Positions 9,127 to 17,211 of a DNA stretch of 39,767 bases are shown here, in pieces. How positions within the stretch are numbered: position 1 is the stretch's first letter; each line of letters starts with the position of its first letter. The DNA lies in the IMG/VR virus record IMGVR_UViG_3300036778_000042, positions 1 through 39,767 of that record; one strand, given 5' to 3'. The notes beneath the pieces were generated by a model. That model saw nothing but the letters and a program-made list of their open reading frames with translations. It had not been told where the DNA came from and did not search any database. The position numbers and the translations under genes were made by a program. The stretch is from a virus. Lineage: Duplodnaviria; Caudoviricetes.

Positions 9127-9456
9127 CTAACCGGCGGTTTCGCCGTGCGCGGCCAGCGCCGCCTTACACGCATCATCGTGGCCAGCTTCGGCCTCTGCCC
9201 AGGTCGCCCAGCGCCCGAAAATGTTCACCCCGCTCCCGAGCGCCCCGCGTGGGAAAATCGCTGTCTCGAACACAAGCGGCGGACCCTCGCCGAACCGCCG
9301 GTGATTGACGCCGAGAAACACCGTTGAGACTTCGGCCATCGGCAGGCGGGTGACCGCCACCGGGCGCCCTTCGCCGTGCTCCAGGGCTTCGCCCCATTCG
9401 AGCACCGACGCCGCCAGGACGACGCTACGGGCGGCATCCAGCTTGTAGAGCTTCAC
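9127..9456 (-). CDS. Hypothetical phage protein
   Basis: 109 aa, VSTVFLGVNH.FG.GPPLVFETAIF pattern; GTGA overlap with the upstream gene. Confidence 0.7.
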   Translation of the reverse strand: MKLYKLDAARSVVLAASVLEWGEALEHGEGRPVAVTRLPMAEVSTVFLGVNHRRFGEGPPLVFETAIFPRGALGSGVNIFGRWATWAEAEAGHDDACKAALAAHGETAG

Positions 9457-9683
9457 GGGCCGCGCCGGTCGCGGACGAGACGGGCGGCGTCCAAGGCCTT
9501 CAGCAGCGCGTCGCGCACGACGTTCAGGTCCGCGATGTCCTCACTTAGGAAACGCTTGCGCGGGTGATCATCCGCACCCTGTTCCGGCGACAGGTGTCGC
9601 AGTTCGACCTCCAGCGTCGTCAGCTGGCCGACACAGGCTAAACCCGCGTCCTCAATCGCCGCGACCAGCCGTTGAACAGACAT
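9453..9683 (-). CDS. Hypothetical protein
   Basis: 76 aa from ATG 9683 (MSVQRLVAAIED...) with a GGAG RBS. Confidence 0.6.
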   Translation of the reverse strand: MSVQRLVAAIEDAGLACVGQLTTLEVELRHLSPEQGADDHPRKRFLSEDIADLNVVRDALLKALDAARLVRDRRGP

Positions 9684-9812
9684 TCGGCGTCTCCGACCGT
9701 AGGGACCGCTAAGAGGCCGCTCAGCCCTCTCCGCAGTCCCCACATTCAGCCTCCCACACACTAGGGTTCGAGCGGGCGGGGAGGCGGACGTAATGCACCC
9801 TGCATGGCCCCC

Positions 9813-9854
9813 GAACAAGCGAAAGACCGCCGGGAGGGTCGGCCCCCGGCGGTC
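9813..9854 (-). terminator. Intrinsic terminator candidate
   Basis: 10-bp stem GACCGCCGGG/CCCGGCGGTC followed on the minus strand by TTTCGCTTGTTC. Confidence 0.55.
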
Positions 9855-9892
9855 CAGCTTCCCCGCCCTAATATCGGGCTGGAGGTTAGGAC

Positions 9893-9942
9893 GGGAAAAG
9901 GAAGATCGGGCCGCTTCTGCGCCAGCGTCAAGCGGCCCGATC
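9893..9942 (-). terminator. Intrinsic terminator candidate after the PEP-CTERM gene
   Basis: 13-bp stem GATCGGGCCGCTT/AAGCGGCCCGATC followed on the minus strand by TTCCTTTTCCC. Confidence 0.6.
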
Positions 9943-9970
9943 CGCTTCAGCGGGGATGTCCAAACCCGCT

Positions 9971-10528
9971 TCAGCAAGCCGCAAGACTGCGACGGCGGCG
10001 CAGCGCCGCGCCAATCCCGCCGAACCCGAGCAGCATCGCCGCCCAGGTCGCCGGTTCAGGGACCGCGCCCTTCACGCCGCCGCCCGGATCAAGCCGGACG
10101 CCGAAGCCCGCAGGCAGACCCTCAATCCCGTCGCCCTCGACCGTCAGCGAATAGGACCCTGGCGCGAAGCCCAGCTGAAGGTGCGCGAAGGTCGGGTCCG
10201 TCCAGGGACCGGCATAGGGCGCGAAGTCGCCGAGGTCGTTCACGAACGGCGTCGGATAATCGAAATGGAACGTGGTGAAAGCCGTCTCGCCGTTGACCAT
10301 CACCGTGTAGCTATCGCCCGGAATGCAGCAGTCGGTGAAACTGAACAGATCGGACTTCCCCGCACCCACCGTGAACGTGATCGGCGAACCGAGCGACGGG
10401 GTTCCGGACCCGGTGATCTCGTCATCCTGCCAGCCGGTTCCCGCGACCAGGGCGAACGCGAAAACCGGCCCCGCTGCGGCCAGTGCGGTAACGCTGGCGA
10501 GGCCCGCCAGCAGGGTTTTCAAGGTCAT
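9971..10528 (-). CDS. Secreted PEP-CTERM (PEPxxWA-CTERM) protein, exosortase substrate
   Basis: 185 aa from ATG 10528: signal peptide MTLKTLLAGLASVTALAAAGPVFA; C-terminal VPEPATWAAMLLGFGGIGAALRRRR (PEP motif, TM helix, Arg cluster). Confidence 0.9.
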   Translation of the reverse strand: MTLKTLLAGLASVTALAAAGPVFAFALVAGTGWQDDEITGSGTPSLGSPITFTVGAGKSDLFSFTDCCIPGDSYTVMVNGETAFTTFHFDYPTPFVNDLGDFAPYAGPWTDPTFAHLQLGFAPGSYSLTVEGDGIEGLPAGFGVRLDPGGGVKGAVPEPATWAAMLLGFGGIGAALRRRRSLAAC

Positions 10529-10542
10529 TGTCCTAGCTCCCA

Positions 10543-11394
10543 CTATCCGAGCCCATTCGGCCCTTCGATGTTGCCTTCGATCAGCAACGGCGCACCGACC
10601 ATGCTCTCGAACCGCCAGTGCGCGCCCGCCCACCCGAGCGGACAGCCGACCATCGTGTACCCGGTGTTGTTGCGACATTCGTTGTCGCAGCCCCATTCCT
10701 CAGCATCGCGCGAGTTCCGGGCCGGCGGCTCCAGAATATTCAGGAAGCACCCGGCGTGCGCCATGATCGTGCTGACCGTGTTCGCGACTAAGCTAATCCC
10801 GGCGATGCTCGAATTATCCGAGTAAATCCCGAAACCCTGCGCCTGCGCGACGACCGTATTGTAACGGATCGCGATGTCCTCAATTGTCCAGTACCCGGCC
10901 TCTTGCCACATTTGCAGGGCGTCCGAGTGCAGCGCGTCGGTGCTGACGTAATTCGCATAGCGACAGTGTTCGACCCGCACCTTGCGACAGCTAGAGAAGT
11001 CGGACCCGTCACCGCCCGCGCCGGTGAACAGGCAGTCGTGCACGTAGAGCTTTTCACTGTTGCGAGAGCAGCCTAGGCCACAATTGCCGATTTCCGACGT
11101 GTCGAAAGCACAGCTATCGAACTCCAGGTCGTGCGAACCTTGGATTTGGGCTTGCGTATAGGTCGCGCCCTTGAACAGGCCCTTGTAATGCCGCCAGTTC
11201 CCGGTGTTTTGCGTCGCGTAGCTGACGATATGCGCTTCGCTCAGGTCCAATTCGACCATGTTTTCCGGTTCGATGTTGTAAATCGTCACCCGAGGGAACT
11301 CGCCCTCGAACTTGACGACATCGACCCCGCCCGCGACCGCCTCATTGATCGCGTTTTGCCACGTGTCCGGCGTCGCCGTGATGATCTTGCCCAT
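10543..11394 (-). CDS. Right-handed parallel beta-helix (pectin-lyase-like) protein
   Basis: 283 aa; NAINEAVAGG cap followed by repeated rungs (LEFDSCAF, LYVHDCLF, VRVEHCRY, IAIRYNTV, ISLVANTV) and an HSDALQ motif; GGAGG RBS. Confidence 0.7.
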   Translation of the reverse strand: MGKIITATPDTWQNAINEAVAGGVDVVKFEGEFPRVTIYNIEPENMVELDLSEAHIVSYATQNTGNWRHYKGLFKGATYTQAQIQGSHDLEFDSCAFDTSEIGNCGLGCSRNSEKLYVHDCLFTGAGGDGSDFSSCRKVRVEHCRYANYVSTDALHSDALQMWQEAGYWTIEDIAIRYNTVVAQAQGFGIYSDNSSIAGISLVANTVSTIMAHAGCFLNILEPPARNSRDAEEWGCDNECRNNTGYTMVGCPLGWAGAHWRFESMVGAPLLIEGNIEGPNGLG

Positions 11395-11406
11395 ATCGCG
11401 TCCTCC

Positions 11407-11739
11407 TTAAGCCGCTTCCGGCGGCTCCAGCTGGTCCAGGCGCCCGACCGCATCGCGCACCGGGTCAGGGTCCGCCGCAGGGTCCAACGCCGCTTGTGGG
11501 ATGCGCTGGCCCATGACGCCGATGTTCAGCCGCAGGAAGATCATCGGGACGATTTCGACGTGGATCACCCACTCGCGCCCGATGCTGTCCGTCCGCCGCT
11601 CAACCGTCGTCGGCTCATTGTCCCACGCGTCCCAAAAAGCCCACGCCGCCGCCGCGATCTCATCCAGTTCGGCGCCGGGGATTTTGCCGTCCGGTCCCGT
11701 CAGATTGGGCTTCCGCTTCGGCGACGTTTTCTTGCCCAT
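11407..11739 (-). CDS. Hypothetical protein, paralogue of 16180-16473
   Basis: 110 aa with a GGAGG RBS; aligns by eye with the 16180-16473 product. Confidence 0.75.
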   Translation of the reverse strand: MGKKTSPKRKPNLTGPDGKIPGAELDEIAAAAWAFWDAWDNEPTTVERRTDSIGREWVIHVEIVPMIFLRLNIGVMGQRIPQAALDPAADPDPVRDAVGRLDQLEPPEAA

Positions 11740-11884
11740 GTCGGGTCCTCCAAACCAGCTGATCGACCAGCGCGAGGGTCGGCTTGCCGTTCAGCGCCGC
11801 CTCGACCGCGCGCAGCAGCGCGAAGCTGTGTCGGCGCCCTTCGGCCAGCGCCCGGCGGCGCCGCAGGGTGCAGGCGAGGGTCAT
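11660..11884 (-). CDS. Hypothetical protein
   Basis: ATGA overlap with the upstream gene, but its 3' end overlaps the next gene by 80 nt. Confidence 0.4.
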   Translation of the reverse strand: MTLACTLRRRRALAEGRRHSFALLRAVEAALNGKPTLALVDQLVWRTRHGQENVAEAEAQSDGTGRQNPRRRTG

Positions 11885-12084
11885 TCGGCAAGCTCCGGAA
11901 CCGCCATCCAGCGCCCGCACCACTCATCCTGATGGGTGCGCGGCCACCAGCCGAAATAAGGTTCGTCCGGAACGCCCGAAGTGACAGCGATGCGCGGCGC
12001 GTCATACCGACACTCGCCAAACTCCTCCGGGCCATTGTTCCCCTCCCAAAACTTGCAGTTTTGACAGGTCCCATCGACGGTCAT
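11881..12084 (-). CDS. Small Cys-rich (CxxC...C...WCG) metal-binding protein
   Basis: MTVDGTCQNCKFW...GECRYDAP...WP...DEWCGRW; TGATG coupling to the scaffold gene. Confidence 0.7.
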   Translation of the reverse strand: MTVDGTCQNCKFWEGNNGPEEFGECRYDAPRIAVTSGVPDEPYFGWWPRTHQDEWCGRWMAVPELAE

Positions 12085-12944
12085 CAGTGCGCCCGCTTCG
12101 CCGTCTCGCGCTCGCGCAGCTTCGCCCACGCCTTGTCCCGCGCCGCGCCTTCCAGCTTGGCGACATCGCCCCAGCTGAGCGCGCCGTTGACGCCTTTACC
12201 AGGCGCCCGAATGCCGGTTTCCGACGCGCTTTTCAGCTTATCGAGGTTGCGATCCGCCGCTTTCATGCCCGGCTTGAACCCGCGCCGCGCGGCGAGCGCA
12301 TAGACCCGTTCCGCCGGGTCCTGGCCGCTCTCCAGCGCCATCCGAACCACCCCGAACAGGTCGTCGGCCAGCTTGCGGTCCAGATACTGGCCCGCGTATC
12401 CGGCGTCTTTCAGTTCGTCGATCCGCGACTGGCGATAGGACTTCGCCGCTTCGTAATAATCCGGGTGTTCGAGCACGAAATCCTGCTCGCTCTCGTCCAT
12501 CGCGCTGCGCAGCTTGGTGACCTCGCGTTCAATCGCCTGCTGCTGCTGCGTTTGCTGCGTCCCCTCGACCTCGCGCGCCCGATAGAGCTTCAGCGCCCGC
12601 TTCAGGGCGGCGATGTCGCCGACCGGATCGTCTTCGTTGTCCGAGAGCGCCCCGATCAGCGCGAGCAGTTCATCCTCCTGACGGCCAGGGCCGCCGACCC
12701 GCCGTTCAATGTCCGCCAGGCGGGTTTCCAGTTCCTGCGCGCGGGCTTCCGCCGCGCGGCGCTTGCTGCGCTCACGCGCGGCTTGGCCAGCGTGGTTGTG
12801 CGCCCGCTTCTCCCAATCCTCTTTCGGCTTCGGCTCGCCTTCGCCGTCGTCCTCGCCGCCGTCAGCCTCGCCTTCGGTTTGGTCCTCGACCTGATCGTCT
12901 ACGTCCAGCTCAGGCGCTTCGCCTTCGGCTTCCCGGTCCGCCAT
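12084..12944 (-). CDS. Capsid scaffolding protein
   Basis: 286 aa from ATG 12944; acidic N-terminus, coiled coils, HPDYYEA and DPAERVYALA motifs; downstream of the portal. Confidence 0.75.
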   Translation of the reverse strand: MADREAEGEAPELDVDDQVEDQTEGEADGGEDDGEGEPKPKEDWEKRAHNHAGQAARERSKRRAAEARAQELETRLADIERRVGGPGRQEDELLALIGALSDNEDDPVGDIAALKRALKLYRAREVEGTQQTQQQQAIEREVTKLRSAMDESEQDFVLEHPDYYEAAKSYRQSRIDELKDAGYAGQYLDRKLADDLFGVVRMALESGQDPAERVYALAARRGFKPGMKAADRNLDKLKSASETGIRAPGKGVNGALSWGDVAKLEGAARDKAWAKLRERETAKRAH

Positions 12945-13076
12945 GTCCCGTTTTCCTTCACTGTTTGAGGCGGTGTATCCACGGCGCCGCATTGAACGCC
13001 GCCGCATAGGCGGCCCGGCGAGCGGCGTACGCCCGCTGGAGCCGCCGCGACCGCAGCATGATCCGCACCGCCTCGT

Positions 13077-13274
13077 TCATCGGCTTCCCCCGCCTAAGAC
13101 CCGGATCGCCGCCTTCAGCGCCACGCGCCGCTGGCGGACGACCTCCTGCGCCTGACGCGCGCCGCGCGCGTCCTTGCTGTCCGCCGGGAACTTCTCCAGC
13201 TGGCGTTCAAGCTGGCGCTCATAGTTGGCGAGCCCGTTGATCTCGCGTTCGAGCACGATCAGCGCCTCATCCAC
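13077..13274 (-). CDS. Small coiled-coil hypothetical protein
   Basis: 65 aa from GTG 13274 with a GGGAGG RBS; overlaps the portal stop. Confidence 0.55.
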   Translation of the reverse strand: MDEALIVLEREINGLANYERQLERQLEKFPADSKDARGARQAQEVVRQRRVALKAAIRVLGGGSR

Positions 13275-15477
13275 GGCCCGGCCCTCCCGGCTGTGGCCGT
13301 CCACCTGGCGGGCCGCTCGGGGGTCCTGGCCGGGTGATCTGCGGCGACACTGGCGGTCCACCGCCGCCGGATGGGGGACCGGGGACAGGACCGGACGGCG
13401 GGGGTCCGGCGCCCCCTTGCAACGCGGCCTCCAGATCGGGCGCGGGGGCTCCTGGCGGGGGCGCGGGCGGCCCTGGCGGAGTGGTCGTGTGCATGAAGCC
13501 GAGCCCGAGCCCGATATGCTGCGCATGCACGTCCGTTACGTCGCGCAGCGCCTTCGCCTGCTTGCCCTGCGCGGTCGCTTTTTTCTCGGCGGTGTCCGCC
13601 TGCTTGTTCTCCAGTTCCGCCGCCTGCTGCGCCTGCACGACCGGGTTCGGCGTGGACATCCGCTGAACCTGCTCGTTCACCGCCTGCCCAAGCTGCGCCG
13701 CGACGCTCGCCGGGATGTCCAGATACTGGAACAGGTCGGCCAGGACGGCGGGACTGATCAGCTGCGCTTGCAGCAGCTGCGTCACCAGCGGCATCACAAT
13801 CGCCGCGACCCGCGCCTTCGTGTTCGGCGCCGCCGGGGCTTCGTCCACAACGATGTCGTACTCGTCCGACTGCATCGCCATGGCGAGCGGAACGTACTGC
13901 TGCTCACCATCGAGCACGATCCGGACCATGAAGTCGTCGGGCAGGTAGAGCCGCATCATGGTCAAGAGCAGCCGCCCTTGATTGCGCTGATACCGCCGCT
14001 TCGCGTCGAAAAAGCTGGAGAGAATGCCGTAAGCGGCTTGCTTGCGCTGCTGTTCGAGCACGCCCGCCTGCTCACGGCCGGCGAGCCCTAGAACCTCCTC
14101 GTTCACCCCGGTGCACGCCTGCACCATGTCCTTCGCGAACTGCATCAGCTGAAACAGCGCGGGTTGCACCGGCGGCGGCGCTTTCGGCTGCATCTTCGCC
14201 CCGTGCGCGCCCGACAGGGCTCCCGACTTCACCCAAGTGATCTTCTGCGTGTTCGCGAAACTCGTCTCGAACTGGCGAACGTCGGAAACCGCGTCCTCCT
14301 CCAGCATCATCCCGCCGTTCGCATTCGTCCGGACGATGTGCAGGACTTCCGAGTACAGTTTGTTGACGAACTTGTTCGGCTCGACCATCGGCTTCACTAG
14401 GCCGTAATAGGTCCCCTTGTTGCGGTCGCGCTTCGCGGTGATCGCCTGATACCGAAAATCACCTTCCGGCATCGCCTCCTTGAACAGCACTTGGCCGTCC
14501 CCGACGAACGCCCGGTAAAACACTTTCTTGGTCGATTTGACGCTGCGAAGATTAGGGTTCGCCGCCTTGGCTTGGCTGAACTCCTGCGGGTTCAACGGGG
14601 TCAGCTTGGTGATCGTCGGATCGGTCGGGTGCGGCATCGGCGCGACCTGCACCGGCTCGCGCTCCCACCACTGCCATTCGGCCACGATGACCTCAGGGTC
14701 CTCGCTCGTTCCCAGCATGCCGTGCGTGTACCGCTGGCGCGGATTGACAATCGTCACCCGCTTGCCGTCCGCGTCGCCGCCGTCAACCTCGCTCGGGTCT
14801 AGGTCCGGCTGGTCGATCTCCAGCTTGAAATCCTCGAACTCGTCCAGCGACATCGGGATTTCGCGCTTCAGATACCGCTTGTCCTCGAAACACCGCTTGC
14901 GGCTCGCCGGATCGACCTTAATCTGAAGCGGATCGACCCGCTCCTTGATAATGCTCGCGACCGGCCCCTCGACCTCGACCCGCGTTTCCGTCCAGCCAAT
15001 CCCGCAGGTCAGCGCATCCAGAAACGCGTCGGTGTCCTCCTGATCGCCGTTGCACTGATCGACGATGTAGTTCGCGCCCTGCGTCAGCACATCCGCGACG
15101 CCGGTGCTCTGCGCAGTCGTGTTCCTCGGATAATACTGAACCTGCTGGCGATCCTGAATTTCCGCCCCGTTCACCGCGTCAATCGCCGGTTCCGTCAGAT
15201 TGAAGGTGACCGGGATTTTCTCGTTTTCGGCCATGGTCTCGACTTCAGTGTCGGTCCACTGCTTGCCCGCCCGGAAGTCGAACCAATCCTTCGCCTGTTC
15301 GACCCATTCGCTCCAATGCGCCTGCAACAGCACATCCCACCGGTCGAACTTCTCCATGAGTTCGTCGTCGTCAGGGAGCGGCGGCCCTTTCGCCGTCACC
15401 GGGTTCTGCGCCGGGGTCCGCTGCGAAGCGCCGTCGTCGAACTGCGGGCCGGTTCCGGTCGGCGCAAGGTCAGTCAT
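13267..15477 (-). CDS. Portal protein (P22-like)
   Basis: 736 aa from ATG 15477; WFDFRAGKQW, YYGLVKPM, TGVNEEVLG and YDIVVDEAP motifs; Pro/Gly-rich tail. Confidence 0.9.
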   Translation of the reverse strand: MTDLAPTGTGPQFDDGASQRTPAQNPVTAKGPPLPDDDELMEKFDRWDVLLQAHWSEWVEQAKDWFDFRAGKQWTDTEVETMAENEKIPVTFNLTEPAIDAVNGAEIQDRQQVQYYPRNTTAQSTGVADVLTQGANYIVDQCNGDQEDTDAFLDALTCGIGWTETRVEVEGPVASIIKERVDPLQIKVDPASRKRCFEDKRYLKREIPMSLDEFEDFKLEIDQPDLDPSEVDGGDADGKRVTIVNPRQRYTHGMLGTSEDPEVIVAEWQWWEREPVQVAPMPHPTDPTITKLTPLNPQEFSQAKAANPNLRSVKSTKKVFYRAFVGDGQVLFKEAMPEGDFRYQAITAKRDRNKGTYYGLVKPMVEPNKFVNKLYSEVLHIVRTNANGGMMLEEDAVSDVRQFETSFANTQKITWVKSGALSGAHGAKMQPKAPPPVQPALFQLMQFAKDMVQACTGVNEEVLGLAGREQAGVLEQQRKQAAYGILSSFFDAKRRYQRNQGRLLLTMMRLYLPDDFMVRIVLDGEQQYVPLAMAMQSDEYDIVVDEAPAAPNTKARVAAIVMPLVTQLLQAQLISPAVLADLFQYLDIPASVAAQLGQAVNEQVQRMSTPNPVVQAQQAAELENKQADTAEKKATAQGKQAKALRDVTDVHAQHIGLGLGFMHTTTPPGPPAPPPGAPAPDLEAALQGGAGPPPSGPVPGPPSGGGGPPVSPQITRPGPPSGPPGGRPQPGGPGRG

Positions 15478-15776
15478 TCGACCCGGTTCCACTCCGCTAT
15501 CGCCCGCTCCATCGCCGCGTCGGCCAGTTCAAGGATCACGTCGCGATCCGCAGGCATCGCCCGCAGCAGCCAGTTCGACGGCGCCAAGCACACGCTCTCG
15601 CCGCTCGCCCGGTCGATCAGAAACCGCCCCTCGTTCTCAGCCAGCACCGCCTTGCGCGCCGCCCCGTGCACGACCAGCCAGACTTCGCCGTCCTCAACCA
15701 CGACGAACCGGTCCAGCGGGTGCGGCGGGACCTCGCCGTCCGGCGCCTCGTACCGCAGGATCACCGGCGGGCTCAC
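15474..15776 (-). CDS. Hypothetical protein
   Basis: 100 aa; GTGA/ATGA overlaps at both ends. Confidence 0.65.
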   Translation of the reverse strand: MSPPVILRYEAPDGEVPPHPLDRFVVVEDGEVWLVVHGAARKAVLAENEGRFLIDRASGESVCLAPSNWLLRAMPADRDVILELADAAMERAIAEWNRVE

Positions 15777-16174
15777 GGCTCGCCCGCCGTCAGGTTGAGG
15801 AACCGCGCGACGCGGCTCGCCGTCTCGGCCAGGGCGTACCTCGCCACAACCTCACGCCGCAGCTGGTCGTACACGTACGCGTAACCGCTGACCCCGAAGC
15901 GCGTCGGGAGCGCCCGCTTCTGAAACCTTGGACCCCGGAAAAACGGATCTACTTGCGAGGCGTTCGCAGGCTCGCGTATGGGCGGATTTTGGGTGGAAAT
16001 TTCCGGGCGGTTGCGATTGCCCCCGGTCGCATACCAGCGCGCCCGGCTGCGAACAGGCGTCGCCGTTTCGCGTTCGCGGGTTTGACGGGCGGCGCGTGGA
16101 AGGTGGTTGCGATTAACAGGCCCCCCCTCGGCCCGGCCATTGGAGGACCAAGGGTCCCAGGGGTTGAGTAACAT
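15773..16174 (-). CDS. Hypothetical protein (start uncertain)
   Basis: Fills the gap on the operon strand; only the C-terminal ~40 aa (YAYVYDQLRREVVARY...) look like a folded protein. Confidence 0.4.
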   Translation of the reverse strand: MLLNPWDPWSSNGRAEGGPVNRNHLPRAARQTRERETATPVRSRARWYATGGNRNRPEISTQNPPIREPANASQVDPFFRGPRFQKRALPTRFGVSGYAYVYDQLRREVVARYALAETASRVARFLNLTAGEP

Positions 16175-16179
16175 TGCTA

Positions 16180-16473
16180 TTACTCCCGGCTGGATTGCGC
16201 CAGCGTGTCCAGTCGCTCGGCTGCGGTGCGCACATGGTCATGATCGGCGACGCCTAGCAGCAGCTGCGAAACCCCTTGTGCATAAGGGCCAAGGTCAAGG
16301 CGCAGGGCGAAGCCGGGCGAGCGATCCACCCGGAAGGACCAGACGCGCCCGCGACTGTCCGTCAGCTGGCCATCGCCCTGACGGTCCCACGCCTCGCGGG
16401 CTGCGGCTGCGATCCTGTCCAGTTCGTCAGCTGGTAGCGCCAGGGGTTCGGGAGGGTCGGATTTCTTCGTCAT
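16180..16473 (-). CDS. Hypothetical protein, paralogue of 11407-11739
   Basis: 97 aa from ATG 16473, directly downstream of promoter motif copy 3. Confidence 0.75.
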   Translation of the reverse strand: MTKKSDPPEPLALPADELDRIAAAAREAWDRQGDGQLTDSRGRVWSFRVDRSPGFALRLDLGPYAQGVSQLLLGVADHDHVRTAAERLDTLAQSSRE

Positions 16474-16486
16474 GCCTCGCGCCTGA

Positions 16487-16509
16487 AACGCGTTCGTTTC
16501 GAGCGTCAA
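16487..16509 (-). promoter_or_regulatory. Putative late promoter, copy 3 (TTGAC-GCTCG-AAACGAACGCGTT), heading the portal-scaffold block
   Basis: Conserved motif, 13 nt before ATG 16473. Confidence 0.75.
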
Positions 16510-16886
16510 GGCGAAGGCGGTTTAGGGGATTTCTTAGGGTAAAGCGGCGGCGTAGGGGCGAAACCGCCTTACACAGAAGGGATTGCATTCTCCCACGGGA
16601 GGAAAAAGCCGTGTCGAAATCGCGCCGCCAAGTGCGTTGCCACGCCAGCCCGCCGCGGGTCGCGGACCGTCGAAAACCGGTTGCAGACCGGAAAAAATCG
16701 CGCGCCTGAAACAACGGCGCTAGCGGGTCGCTGCGGCTGGTCCACGCAAGCTTTTCGCCCGCCAGACGGCGTGCAGCTGCGACGCATCCCGAACCGCCGC
16801 AGCCGGTCAATTCCACTAAGGCCAGGATCGGGCGTCGATGTGCGGCGAGCCCGCGAAAATGCCGCAGCCCTACGCGTACGCGGGGA

Positions 16887-16915
16887 TTGCAACGTACGTC
16901 TATTAGACGTATCAA
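16887..16915 (+). promoter_or_regulatory. Sigma70-type promoter with palindromic operator for the plus-strand cassette
   Basis: TTGCAA-17 nt-TATCAA; a perfect inverted repeat TACGTCTA-T-TAGACGTA (16895-16911) covers the spacer and the start of the -10 box. Confidence 0.7.
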
Positions 16916-16969
16916 GAGGTCAAGCCGGTGGTGACGCCGGAGACACAAAAACCCTTACGGAACAAAGCA

Positions 16970-17182
16970 ATGCAACACATCGAAAAGTCCGGTTTCCGCG
17001 CTGGCGAATATGTCGGCTACTGCTCGGGCCGGGTCTTCAAAATCACCCGCGTGCTGAACGGCAAAAAGACCATCGGCTGGCAAGCCCGCGCGGCGCTCGG
17101 CTCGGTTCGCGAGAACGCGCCGAACGGCTTCCGCGCCGCGACCCTGAAGGGTCTGAACGACCAGCTGGCCAACGCCGCCTAA
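16970..17182 (+). CDS. Small hypothetical protein, first gene of the inserted cassette
   Basis: 70 aa (MQHIEKSGFRAGEYVGY...), strongly C/G-ending codons. Confidence 0.7.
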   Translation: MQHIEKSGFRAGEYVGYCSGRVFKITRVLNGKKTIGWQARAALGSVRENAPNGFRAATLKGLNDQLANAA

Positions 17183-17211
17183 CCCTCATCCACGCACACA
17201 AGGAAATCATC

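Noticed and set aside
373-16171. Many long plus-strand ORFs opposite the structural genes (e.g. 6711-7778, 11131-12303, 15200-16171)
   Set aside because: They are R/P/G-rich shadow frames of GC-rich genes, with no motifs or RBS.
16681-17211. N-terminal extension making a 368-aa ORF
   Set aside because: It runs through the promoter and overlaps the 16970-17182 gene; ATG 17212 has a clear RBS.
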